From Akkermansia sp. (GTDB taxonomy: Bacteria > Verrucomicrobiota > Verrucomicrobiia > Verrucomicrobiales > Akkermansiaceae), in contig JAKSOU010000004.1 in NCBI GenBank assembly GCA_024405435.1, positions 576 through 64,575 on the forward strand: 64,000 nucleotides of DNA, written 5' to 3'. Below the pieces are notes generated by a model. The model did no database searches. It was not told the origin of the DNA and saw nothing but the letters and a program-made list of their open reading frames with translations. Shown here piece after piece: positions 28,312 to 37,895 of the stretch. Position numbers and translations under genes: made by a program. Each line of letters starts with the position of its first letter. Positions within the stretch are counted from its first letter, which is position 1.

Positions 28312-28803
28312 ATGAAATGCGTTCAATGCGGATACATGGATGACAAGGTCATCGACTCCCGCACATCCAAGGACGGGTTGTGCATACGCCGGCGCCGCGA
28401 GTGCCTGCGCTGCGGCTACCGGTACACCACCTACGAGCAGATCGAGCGCATGGACCTGCGCGTGGTCAAGCGCGACGGCATGCACGAGGCCCTGAGCCGC
28501 GACAAGATCCTGCAGGGCATGATGAAGGCCTGCGAGAAGCGCCCCGTCAGCATGGACCAGCTGGATTTGGCGGTGGACGAAATCGTGGCCGCCCTGCATG
28601 CCGACCACCAGCGCGAGGTGCCCTCCTCCGTCATCGGCATGAAGGTTATCGAAAAGCTGCAGAACATCGATTCCGTGGCCTACATCCGCTTCGTCTCCGT
28701 GTGCCGCCAGTTCCAGACCGTGGAGGAATTCATCGAGCTGCTGCGCAAATCCGAACGCAAGACCGCACAAGACGCCCTTCAACGCAAACTCCCCCTCAAA
28801 TGA
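28312..28803 (+). CDS. nrdR: Transcriptional repressor NrdR
   Basis: CxxC...RRRREC..C zinc ribbon plus ATP cone (KACEKRP, VAYIRFVSV). Confidence 0.96.
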   Translation: MKCVQCGYMDDKVIDSRTSKDGLCIRRRRECLRCGYRYTTYEQIERMDLRVVKRDGMHEALSRDKILQGMMKACEKRPVSMDQLDLAVDEIVAALHADHQREVPSSVIGMKVIEKLQNIDSVAYIRFVSVCRQFQTVEEFIELLRKSERKTAQDALQRKLPLK

Positions 28804-29312
28804 TGATCGCCTTCAAGAACAACAGACCCTTCCTGCAAACCGGCCACTGCGTCATCTCCGACTACGATGTGGACTGGATGGAGCACGTGCTGCTGGAAGC
28901 CGCGCAGGAGGCCGGAACCACGCTGCCCTGCAGCCGGGAGGTGGCCCAGGCCGTCATGCTCTACCTGGAAAAGGAGTGCCCGCTGCACGCCGTGCCGCTG
29001 GACTACCTCTTCAAGCGCATCCGCGCCATGCTGGAAAAGGCCGGCCTGCCGCTCATCGCGCAGCACCTGCGCTGCCAGACCCCGCCCGTGGACATCCCCC
29101 TCGATTCCCTCGCCGGGGAATCCCCCCTGCCGCTCTTCTTCTACACCCAGCTGGATTCCCAGTTGAAGGACCTGCGCCGCATGGGCCTCACCACCTACCG
29201 CTTCTCCGGCAAGAAGCGCTGCAGCCTGCTGCTCGGCTGCCGCCGCCGCGCATGCCCCACACAGCGCCGCGCCCTCGCGGAGCTGGACGCCTTCCTCAGC
29301 CGTGCCTGCTAG
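28800..29312 (+). CDS. Hypothetical protein
   Basis: Fills the gap between nrdR and aroD with overlaps at both ends; typical codon usage; no recognised domain. Confidence 0.7.
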   Translation: MMIAFKNNRPFLQTGHCVISDYDVDWMEHVLLEAAQEAGTTLPCSREVAQAVMLYLEKECPLHAVPLDYLFKRIRAMLEKAGLPLIAQHLRCQTPPVDIPLDSLAGESPLPLFFYTQLDSQLKDLRRMGLTTYRFSGKKRCSLLLGCRRRACPTQRRALAELDAFLSRAC

Positions 29313-29976
29313 CGATACCAGAATCGTCGGCTGCATCACCGATTGGCAGCTCTGGCAGCAGGCCGTGGACGGCACGCTGCCGCTGCCCTGCGATGTGATT
29401 GAACTGCGCGTGGACGCCCTGCCGCCGGAGGTGACCGCGGAGGATGTGCTGGCGCGTCCGAGCCCCAAGCCGCTTTTGGTGACCGTGCGAGATGCCGCGG
29501 AGGGCGGCGTGCGTGAGATGCCGTACGTCCTGCGCAGCGCGTGGGCGCTCAAGCTCCTGCCCGTGGCCGCGATGCTGGACTGGGAGCTGGCCAACCTGGA
29601 AAAGGCCCCCGCCATGGCCCAGCTGGTGCATGCCGCCGGCGTGCAGCTGGTGGCCTCCTTCCATGATTTCAACGCCACCCCCGCGCTGGACGACCTGCTG
29701 GCCAAGGAGCGCCGCGCCCGCGAGCTCGGCGCTGATATCGCCAAATTCGCCTTCCGCCTCAATTCGGAACAGGACATGCAGGTGGGCCTGGACCTCCTGT
29801 CCCGCGCCACCGGCCCCGTCGCCGTCATGGGCATGGGCCCCCAAGCCGCACAAAGCCGCCTCCTTTACGCCCGCCAAGGCTCCCGCCTCGTCTACGGCTA
29901 CCTGGGCAACTCCCCCGCCGCCCCCGGCCAAACCTCCGCCGAATTCCTCCAAGCCCATCTCCGCGAAGGAGTGTGA
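29302..29976 (+). CDS. aroD: Type I 3-dehydroquinate dehydratase
   Basis: IELRVD, LLVTVR, SFHDF, AKFA, MGMG, SRL, YGYL, APGQ. Confidence 0.88.
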   Translation: MPASDTRIVGCITDWQLWQQAVDGTLPLPCDVIELRVDALPPEVTAEDVLARPSPKPLLVTVRDAAEGGVREMPYVLRSAWALKLLPVAAMLDWELANLEKAPAMAQLVHAAGVQLVASFHDFNATPALDDLLAKERRARELGADIAKFAFRLNSEQDMQVGLDLLSRATGPVAVMGMGPQAAQSRLLYARQGSRLVYGYLGNSPAAPGQTSAEFLQAHLREGV

Positions 29977-29994
29977 ATCACCCCAAGAAGGGGG

Positions 29995-30376
29995 GCCGTT
30001 CGGGTTCTGTAAGCCGGATTCTGTCCGCCCCTTGCGGGGTTGTGCGGCCATTTTTCTCACGGCGGTGAGGCCGTGCCCCGCGTTTATAGCGGGGTGCAAC
30101 TAATACCCGGAGGACTTGGTCGGGCAAGGCGTCCCTCCTCCTGTTTGTCTTGCATCGCGCGGGGTTTACCGAGCCTCCATCGTTACCTCCGGAGCGGTGG
30201 GCCCTTACCCCACCTTTTCACCCTTACCCTTGCGGGCGGTTTGTTTTCTGTGGCACTTTCCGTCCACCCGGCATTGTCTCCGGGCGTCTCCCGCTTTCAC
30301 GGGACGCGCTGCCTTGTGATGTCCGGACTTTCCTCTACCCGTGTTTCAGGGCAGCGGCCGCCCGAACCCGAACGGC
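29995..30376 (-). ncRNA. rnpB: RNase P RNA (type A)
   Basis: Universal GAGGAAAGUCC and ACAGAAUCCGGCUUA segments; 13-bp P1 helix GCCGUUCGGGUUC / GAACCCGAACGGC. Confidence 0.96.
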
Positions 30377-30382
30377 ACGCCA

Positions 30383-30450
30383 AGACTACACCGCCGCGCC
30401 CGCCAATGCAAGGCTTATTTCTTGCATTGCGCGCGGCGCGGGCGTATAAT
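30383..30450. promoter_or_regulatory. Back-to-back promoters of rnpB and dxr
   Basis: Minus: TTGCAT-17-TAGTCT (30411-30383). Plus: TTGCAT-17-TATAAT (30422-30450). Confidence 0.75.
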
Positions 30451-30460
30451 AGGCGCGTTC

Positions 30461-31621
30461 ATGAAGAAGCGTCGCGTTGTCATCCTCGGCTCCACAGGCA
30501 GTATCGGCACCAGCGCCCTGAAGGTGGCGCGGGATATCCCGGAGCGCATGGAGGTGGTGGGCCTGGCCGCCCATTCCAACATCCAAAAGCTGGCGGAGCA
30601 GGCGCGCGAGTTCGGCGTGAAACACGTTTGCATCTTCAACGAGACCAAGGCCGCCGAGCTGGAGAAAATGTTGCCGGGCGCGGCGGTGTACACCGGGCTT
30701 GACGGCCTGTGCGAGCTGGCGCGCCTGGAGGGGGCGGACATGGTGCTGGTGTCCATCATCGGCACGGCGGGGCTCAAGCCCACGCTGGAGGCCATCGACG
30801 CCGGGAAGGACCTGGCCATCGCCTCCAAGGAAATCCTGGTGATGGCGGGGGAGGTGGTGATGCAGCGCGCGGCGGAGAAGGGCATCAGCGTGCTGCCGGT
30901 GGACAGCGAGCACAACGCCATCTTCCAGTGCCTGCAGGGCAACCATGGCGGGGCGGGGGCGGTGAACCGCCTCATCCTCACCGCCAGCGGCGGGCCCTTC
31001 CGCACCTGGCCCGCGGAGAAGCTTTCCGGGGTCACGCTGGAGCAGGCCCTGGCACACCCCACCTGGAAGATGGGACGCAAAATCACCATAGACTGCGCCA
31101 CCCTCTTCAACAAGGGCCTGGAGATGATCGAGGCCCGCTGGCTCTTCAACATTCCCATGGAGCGCGTGGATGTCATCGTGCACCCCCAGAGCATCGTCCA
31201 CTCCCTGGTGGAGTACCGAGACGGCTCCATCCTGGCCCAGCTGAGCAGCAGCGATATGTGCTTCCCCATCCAGTACGCCGTCACCTGGCCGGACAGGATC
31301 GAGAACTCCCTGCCGCACCTGGACCTGGCGGCGCTGGCCAGCCTGAAGTTCGAGGCCCCGCGGTGGAACGATTTCCCCGCGCTCAACCTGGCCCGCCGGG
31401 CCGGGCTCACCGGCGGCACCATGCCCGCCATGTTCAACGCCGCCAACGAGGTGGCCGTGCAGGCCTTCATAGACGGCCGCATCTCCTTCCCCGGCATCTG
31501 GCAGACCGTGGAGAAGGCCCTCTCCAACCTCTCCCCGCGCCCCTACCACGGCCAGCTCTCCATCATCCTGGAGGACGACGCCGCAGCGCGGGAGGAAGCC
31601 CGCAGAATCATCATAGGATAA
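30461..31621 (+). CDS. dxr: 1-deoxy-D-xylulose 5-phosphate reductoisomerase
   Basis: ILGSTGSIG, PVDSEH, LTASGGPF, HPTWKMG, NKGLE, NAANE. Confidence 0.97.
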   Translation: MKKRRVVILGSTGSIGTSALKVARDIPERMEVVGLAAHSNIQKLAEQAREFGVKHVCIFNETKAAELEKMLPGAAVYTGLDGLCELARLEGADMVLVSIIGTAGLKPTLEAIDAGKDLAIASKEILVMAGEVVMQRAAEKGISVLPVDSEHNAIFQCLQGNHGGAGAVNRLILTASGGPFRTWPAEKLSGVTLEQALAHPTWKMGRKITIDCATLFNKGLEMIEARWLFNIPMERVDVIVHPQSIVHSLVEYRDGSILAQLSSSDMCFPIQYAVTWPDRIENSLPHLDLAALASLKFEAPRWNDFPALNLARRAGLTGGTMPAMFNAANEVAVQAFIDGRISFPGIWQTVEKALSNLSPRPYHGQLSIILEDDAAAREEARRIIIG

Positions 31622-31630
31622 ATCACCGCC

Positions 31631-32227
31631 ATGCTGGGAAAAATCAAAATGATAGTTGTCAAGGGGCTGTTTGCCGTGCACGCCCTCCGCTTGCGCCTGA
31701 AGGGCGTGCAAATGGGGCGCTCGTGCTACATCGGAGGCCGCGCACGGGTGCGCATGTGCAAGGGCTCGCAGATTGTCTTGGGCGATGAGGTGGCCGTGCA
31801 TTCCAGCGAGCGCTGCAACCCCCTCCTCCGCCTCCCCGCCTCCCTCGTCACGCTGGAGCCCGGCGCGTGCATTGAGCTGCACTCCCACTGCGGTGTCAGC
31901 GGCTGCAAGATCGAGGCCGCCTCCCGAATCTCCATCGGCGAATACACCATAGTGGGCCCGGGAACCGTCATCTATGATGCCAAGGAGCACCAGTACTCAC
32001 CGGAAACCGGCTGGCTTTGCCGCTCCCAGCGCACAGGAAAGCCCATCATCATCGGCAAGCGCTGCTTCATCGGCATGAACTGCATCATCCTCAAGGGCGT
32101 CACCATTGGCGACGACTGCGTGATTGCCGCCGGCACCGTCATCAACAAGGATGTGCCCGGCGGTCATATCGCCTTCGGCAACCCCGCCCAATACAGCTTG
32201 CTGCCGGAGCATTTGCGGCAGGGGTAG
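31631..32227 (+). CDS. Hexapeptide-repeat O-acyltransferase
   Basis: Left-handed beta-helix repeats (IIIGKRCFIGMNCIILKGVTIGDDCVIAAG...GNPA). Confidence 0.88.
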   Translation: MLGKIKMIVVKGLFAVHALRLRLKGVQMGRSCYIGGRARVRMCKGSQIVLGDEVAVHSSERCNPLLRLPASLVTLEPGACIELHSHCGVSGCKIEAASRISIGEYTIVGPGTVIYDAKEHQYSPETGWLCRSQRTGKPIIIGKRCFIGMNCIILKGVTIGDDCVIAAGTVINKDVPGGHIAFGNPAQYSLLPEHLRQG

Positions 32228-32244
32228 GAGCCCCTGTGCCGCGG

Positions 32245-33249
32245 CTAGTATTGCTTGCGGACCTTGTCAGCCTGCTTTTTCATCTTGCGCTCAACGGCAA
32301 GCATGCAGCGCCGCACCCCCCAGCGCATGAAATGGAGCGCCACATCCGCCAGTTTGCTCCACATGAGCATCCAACAGGTGGCTGGCGCGCCAACCAGTTC
32401 CTTGCGTGCGGCAAAATCCGTGCGCCATTCCCCCGGCATCATCGCGGAGGAGATGCAGCTCCACCAGTCACCCAGGGCAAAATGGCGGAAATACAGTTTG
32501 GCTTCTGGCGGGCAATCCGGCTCCCTGTAGAATTCCGCGTGTTTGGCCAGGGCCTTTTTCACCTGCTCCGTGCGCTCGCCGTGGCGGCACACGTTGTAGG
32601 TGGTGCATGCATTGCCCTGCCAGAAACGGTATAGCACGGTGGAGGTTTCCGCCACGCCCATCATGGGGTGCACCTTGGCAAACTTGCACCAACCCAGGTT
32701 GTCGCCGAACATTTTGTAGCCCTCTGCAAACAGGTGAGGGAACGCATCTAGAGCCTCGCGCCGCATCGTGGTGGACGAGGGAAGGTGCAGCGCATGCCCC
32801 TCCAAGTACCAGTTTGTCAACATGGTGGTGTCCCCGGTCAAATCGGCTGCGTGTATGTCTTCCTCCCGTATGTCCTCCACCCGCGTGTAGGTGGATGCAA
32901 ACCATTTGCAGTCCGGGTGTGCGTCCATGAACTTCTGCGCCTGTTCCAAGTGGTTTTCCAGCCACACGTCATCGCTGTCTATAAAGGAGACATACTTGCC
33001 GCGCGCTTCACGGAAGCCTTGGTTACGTGCCGCGCACTCTCCGCCGTTTTCGCGGGTGATGACGCGTAGGCGCGGGTCTGATATGCCTTGCAACACCTCC
33101 AGAGTGTCGTCCGTGGAACCGTCGTTCACCACTACTATCTCGAAATCCTGCACCGTTTGCCGCAGGATGCTCTCAATGGTCAGGCGAATGAATTTCCGTG
33201 CGTTGTAGGCAGGGATGACAACGGAAAAGAGTGGGGATGGCGGGTTCAT
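32245..33249 (-). CDS. Glycosyltransferase family 2
   Basis: SVVIPAYN, VVNDGSTD, ARNQG, FIDSDD. Confidence 0.92.
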   Translation of the reverse strand: MNPPSPLFSVVIPAYNARKFIRLTIESILRQTVQDFEIVVVNDGSTDDTLEVLQGISDPRLRVITRENGGECAARNQGFREARGKYVSFIDSDDVWLENHLEQAQKFMDAHPDCKWFASTYTRVEDIREEDIHAADLTGDTTMLTNWYLEGHALHLPSSTTMRREALDAFPHLFAEGYKMFGDNLGWCKFAKVHPMMGVAETSTVLYRFWQGNACTTYNVCRHGERTEQVKKALAKHAEFYREPDCPPEAKLYFRHFALGDWWSCISSAMMPGEWRTDFAARKELVGAPATCWMLMWSKLADVALHFMRWGVRRCMLAVERKMKKQADKVRKQY

Positions 33250-34406
33250 GGCTTCTTTTGGTCAATGGCTTTCTGATAGGTTGCTTTGGTTTCTTCTGCA
33301 CATTTTTCCCATGAGAAGCGGGAGAGGCGTTCCGCACCGCGCGCGCGCAGCTCGTTGGCGTAGTCTTGGCTTTCCAGCACTCGCTGCATGGCGGCGGCCA
33401 TGGCGGCCGCATCGTCCGCAGGGAAATAGTCTGCGCCATCCCCGGCGATTTCCGGGAAGCAGCTGGCCTTGGCGCACAGCACCGGGGCGCCGCAGGAGAA
33501 GGCTTCCAGCAGGGGAAGCCCGAATCCCTCGTACGCAGAGGGGTACACGAATGTCTGGCAGCGGTTGTACATGATGGCCAGCTCCTCATCCGTAACCCAC
33601 CGCTGGTGTACGCGCCCTGTGAGATGAAGGCCGTTTATCAGCGAAAGCTCTTCCGGGGTGAATGCGCCGCCGCCGGCGCAGACAAGTTGCAGCTCGCGGT
33701 CGGCATCCGCCAGTTCGCCAAAGGCCTTCAGGAAGATGTCGAAATTCTTGTAGCCGCTGCGCTTGCCCACAAAGAACACGTAGCGCTCCGGAAGCTCCAT
33801 GGGGCGTGTGGCCGCATCTGCCGGCAGAACCAGGGAGTTGCCGTGGTGGATTACGTCAATCTTTTCCTGCTCAATCCCGCAAATGGCCACCAAATCCCTT
33901 TTGGTGCATTCTGAGATGGCGATGATACGGTCGGCCCGCCGCGCGTAATCCAGCTTGCGCTGAGCCGTGGGGTCGTTTTTGAACAGGTGCGGGTAGATTT
34001 CATGCGTCATGTCATGCACCGTCAGCACCAACGGCGTTTTGCCTATGAAGGGAATCAGGTCGTATGCGTTGGTGTGGGTGGGGTGGATGACATCGAAACG
34101 GTGGCCGGCGCGCATGTACTTGCGGATTTCCTCACGCAAGGCGTGGCGGTTGGCCTTCCCTGCGTACGGGGTATGGGAAAGCATGAGCCTTATGGCGCGG
34201 GCGGCCAACGGTATCCCGGGCGCCTCCGCCGAGGTTTGCGGGAAAAAGGGGGCCGTCTTGAGGTTCTCGTTGGGTGTTTCCCTGATGGGAATGTGAACGT
34301 TGACACCAAGCTGCATCAAATGCGCCGCGAGTTCGCAATGGTAGCGGGCGAAACCGCTGACGCGGTCGCTCCAAAACGTGCAGGGGTGCATGAATACTTC
34401 CATCAT
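33246..34406 (-). CDS. Glycosyltransferase family 4
   Basis: TVHDM, IAISECTK, GYKNF, YPSAYEGFGLPLLEA. Start is 34403 or 34406. Confidence 0.92.
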   Translation of the reverse strand: MMEVFMHPCTFWSDRVSGFARYHCELAAHLMQLGVNVHIPIRETPNENLKTAPFFPQTSAEAPGIPLAARAIRLMLSHTPYAGKANRHALREEIRKYMRAGHRFDVIHPTHTNAYDLIPFIGKTPLVLTVHDMTHEIYPHLFKNDPTAQRKLDYARRADRIIAISECTKRDLVAICGIEQEKIDVIHHGNSLVLPADAATRPMELPERYVFFVGKRSGYKNFDIFLKAFGELADADRELQLVCAGGGAFTPEELSLINGLHLTGRVHQRWVTDEELAIMYNRCQTFVYPSAYEGFGLPLLEAFSCGAPVLCAKASCFPEIAGDGADYFPADDAAAMAAAMQRVLESQDYANELRARGAERLSRFSWEKCAEETKATYQKAIDQKKP

Positions 34407-34413
34407 AATTGTG

Positions 34414-35457
34414 TCAGGATTTGATTTTTCTGATAAGGGCCAATAGCGCTGCGAAAACGGGCATAGGCAGGCAGCGCAGCATATCATACGGCCTTGTCAT
34501 ACCCAGTTCCCGCGCCATGCGCACGCGGTTGATTGTACCCTTTCTCCAGTAGGAACGCAAGGTTTCTGTTACGCAAATCTTTTCCTGCATGTCTGCAAGG
34601 AACGCCAGCACGCCCGGTTGTTCATCCTGCGGCATGCGGCGCGCGAAATCCAGCAGGTCCTCGTATGTTTGGCGCATAGGGGCCGCCGTGCTGTTCTGGT
34701 ATTCGTCAAAGAGACGCTCGCGGCGCATGATGTCACGGTAGCCTTCGTTCCTGTTGTCGGACCCTATGCTTTGGTGCATGCTGTTGTTGCGCACCAGCAC
34801 GGCGTTGGCATTGTCCACGAGCACGCCCTTGCCCAGTACGGAAGCCCGGAAGTACAGGATGTAGTCGTCTGCAAGGTGCGCCGCCGCCGGAATATCCCCA
34901 AAGGTCCGGAAGCAGGCCATGTTCCATGCCTTGTATGAGTATTCTTTCGAGAGAAATGCGCATTGGCCCGGACTCATGGTGCGGATGTCAATCTCCCTTG
35001 TGCTCATTCCCTGCGCGCAGGGAATGCGGCTTGTCTCCACTGCCGCTGCCTCTTCTTCATCCTGGAAATAATAGCTCGATTCCGTGGCTACGTATGTGCA
35101 GCCCGGAATTGAGGAGACAACCTTCCCGATTACGGAGCACCTGTCAATGGCGGAAATGTCGTCATCGTCCGCGCGGATAATCCAATCACCCTGGGCAAGG
35201 GAAACGGCGTGGTTGAAATTGCCCGCCGTTTTCAGGTTGGTAGGCGGCTGGGTGACCACCACGCGGCGGGTTCCCTTGTAGGCGGCCACGCATTCCTTGA
35301 TGATTTCGAAGGTGCGGTCCGTGGAGCAGTCGTCGGAGAAGATGTACTCCATCTCGCCCTCATAGTCCTGCGCCAAAGCGCTCTCCACCGCCGCCCGCAC
35401 GTACTTCTCCCGGTTGTGGGAGAGCAGCACGTAGGAGAGCTTGGGCAGGGGCGGCAT
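34414..35457 (-). CDS. Glycosyltransferase family 2, paralog B
   Basis: SYVLLSHN, SDDCSTD, RADDDD. Confidence 0.9.
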   Translation of the reverse strand: MPPLPKLSYVLLSHNREKYVRAAVESALAQDYEGEMEYIFSDDCSTDRTFEIIKECVAAYKGTRRVVVTQPPTNLKTAGNFNHAVSLAQGDWIIRADDDDISAIDRCSVIGKVVSSIPGCTYVATESSYYFQDEEEAAAVETSRIPCAQGMSTREIDIRTMSPGQCAFLSKEYSYKAWNMACFRTFGDIPAAAHLADDYILYFRASVLGKGVLVDNANAVLVRNNSMHQSIGSDNRNEGYRDIMRRERLFDEYQNSTAAPMRQTYEDLLDFARRMPQDEQPGVLAFLADMQEKICVTETLRSYWRKGTINRVRMARELGMTRPYDMLRCLPMPVFAALLALIRKIKS

Positions 35458-35458
35458 G

Positions 35459-36511
35459 TTAGGATTTCCCTTTCAGCTTTCTGATGATGGACAGCAGCCC
35501 GGCGTATATGGGCATGGGCAGGCAGTACAGCATGGTGAAAGCGGCGGGATAACCCATCTCCCTGCAAATTTTCAATCGGTTGAGCGTGCCTTTGCGCCAG
35601 TACGAGCGCAGGTGGTCGCGGTGTTCCATGTTGATGGCGAAATCCGCCATGAACGGGGCTGCAGCCTCTTTTTCCTGCGCGGAAAAATGCTCCTCCACAT
35701 AGTCTTTGAGCTGGTTGTACGTGGCGAGCATGGGGGCGTATGTCAGGTTGTAGTATTTGTCGTTGAACTGCTCCAGGCGGATAATGGCACGGTAGTCACG
35801 GGCGTTGTCATCGTCTCCACGGCTTTGGTTGCCGCTGCCGTTGCGAATGAGAACGGCAACGGCATTGTCCACAAGCACGCCCTTGCCCAGCACGGCAGTC
35901 CTGAAGTAGAAGATGTAGTCGTCCGCCCAGTATGCATCCAAGGGCAGTTCCCCGAATGCGCGGTAGGCTTCCATGCTCCATGCCTTGTAGGAATATGTCT
36001 TCGCATGGTAGGCGCATTCGTCCGGGGATGCCTCGCGTATGTCTACCACTCTGGGGTGCATGAAGGTGCCACAAGGGGTCCGGCTTTCTGCTACAGCTGC
36101 CTGTTCCTCGTTATCCGTAAAGTATTTGCTGGCTTCCGTGGCTATGTAGGTGCAGCCGGGAACGGCATTGATAACTTTGCCTATGACGGTGCAGCGGTCC
36201 ACCACGGAAAGGTCGTCATCGTCCGCGCGGACAATCCAATCGCTTTGCACAAAGCTGAGGGCGTGGTTGAAGTTGCCGGCGGTCCTCAGGTTGGTGGGCG
36301 GCTGCGTGACCACCACGCGGCGGTTGCCCTTGTAGGCGGCCACGCACTCTTTGATGATCTCGAAGGTGCGGTCCGTGGAGCAGTCGTCGGAAAAGATATA
36401 CTCCAGCTCCCCCTCATAGTCCTGCGCAAAGGCGCTTTCTATGGCGGCGCGGATGTATTTTTCCCGGTTGTGGGAGAGCAGGACGTATGAGAGTTTGGGG
36501 AGCTGCGGCAT
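35459..36511 (-). CDS. Glycosyltransferase family 2, paralog A
   Basis: First ~100 aa nearly identical to 34414..35457. Confidence 0.9.
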   Translation of the reverse strand: MPQLPKLSYVLLSHNREKYIRAAIESAFAQDYEGELEYIFSDDCSTDRTFEIIKECVAAYKGNRRVVVTQPPTNLRTAGNFNHALSFVQSDWIVRADDDDLSVVDRCTVIGKVINAVPGCTYIATEASKYFTDNEEQAAVAESRTPCGTFMHPRVVDIREASPDECAYHAKTYSYKAWSMEAYRAFGELPLDAYWADDYIFYFRTAVLGKGVLVDNAVAVLIRNGSGNQSRGDDDNARDYRAIIRLEQFNDKYYNLTYAPMLATYNQLKDYVEEHFSAQEKEAAAPFMADFAINMEHRDHLRSYWRKGTLNRLKICREMGYPAAFTMLYCLPMPIYAGLLSIIRKLKGKS

Positions 36512-36526
36512 GTCTTGTATGGGGGA

Positions 36527-37813
<1,287 letters not shown>

Positions 37814-37848
37814 TTTCTATCTCAAGCGCGCATCGCGCGCACGGGCTG

Positions 37849-37877
37849 ATTGTACGCCTTGGTTTATCAAAAATCAA
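37849..37877 (-). promoter_or_regulatory. Promoter of argG
   Basis: TTGATT-17-TACAAT. Confidence 0.55.
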
Positions 37878-37895
37878 AGTAAAGTTGTGTCACGG

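Noticed and set aside
30040-30449. Short ORFs between aroD and dxr
   Set aside because: They overlap the RNase P RNA gene.
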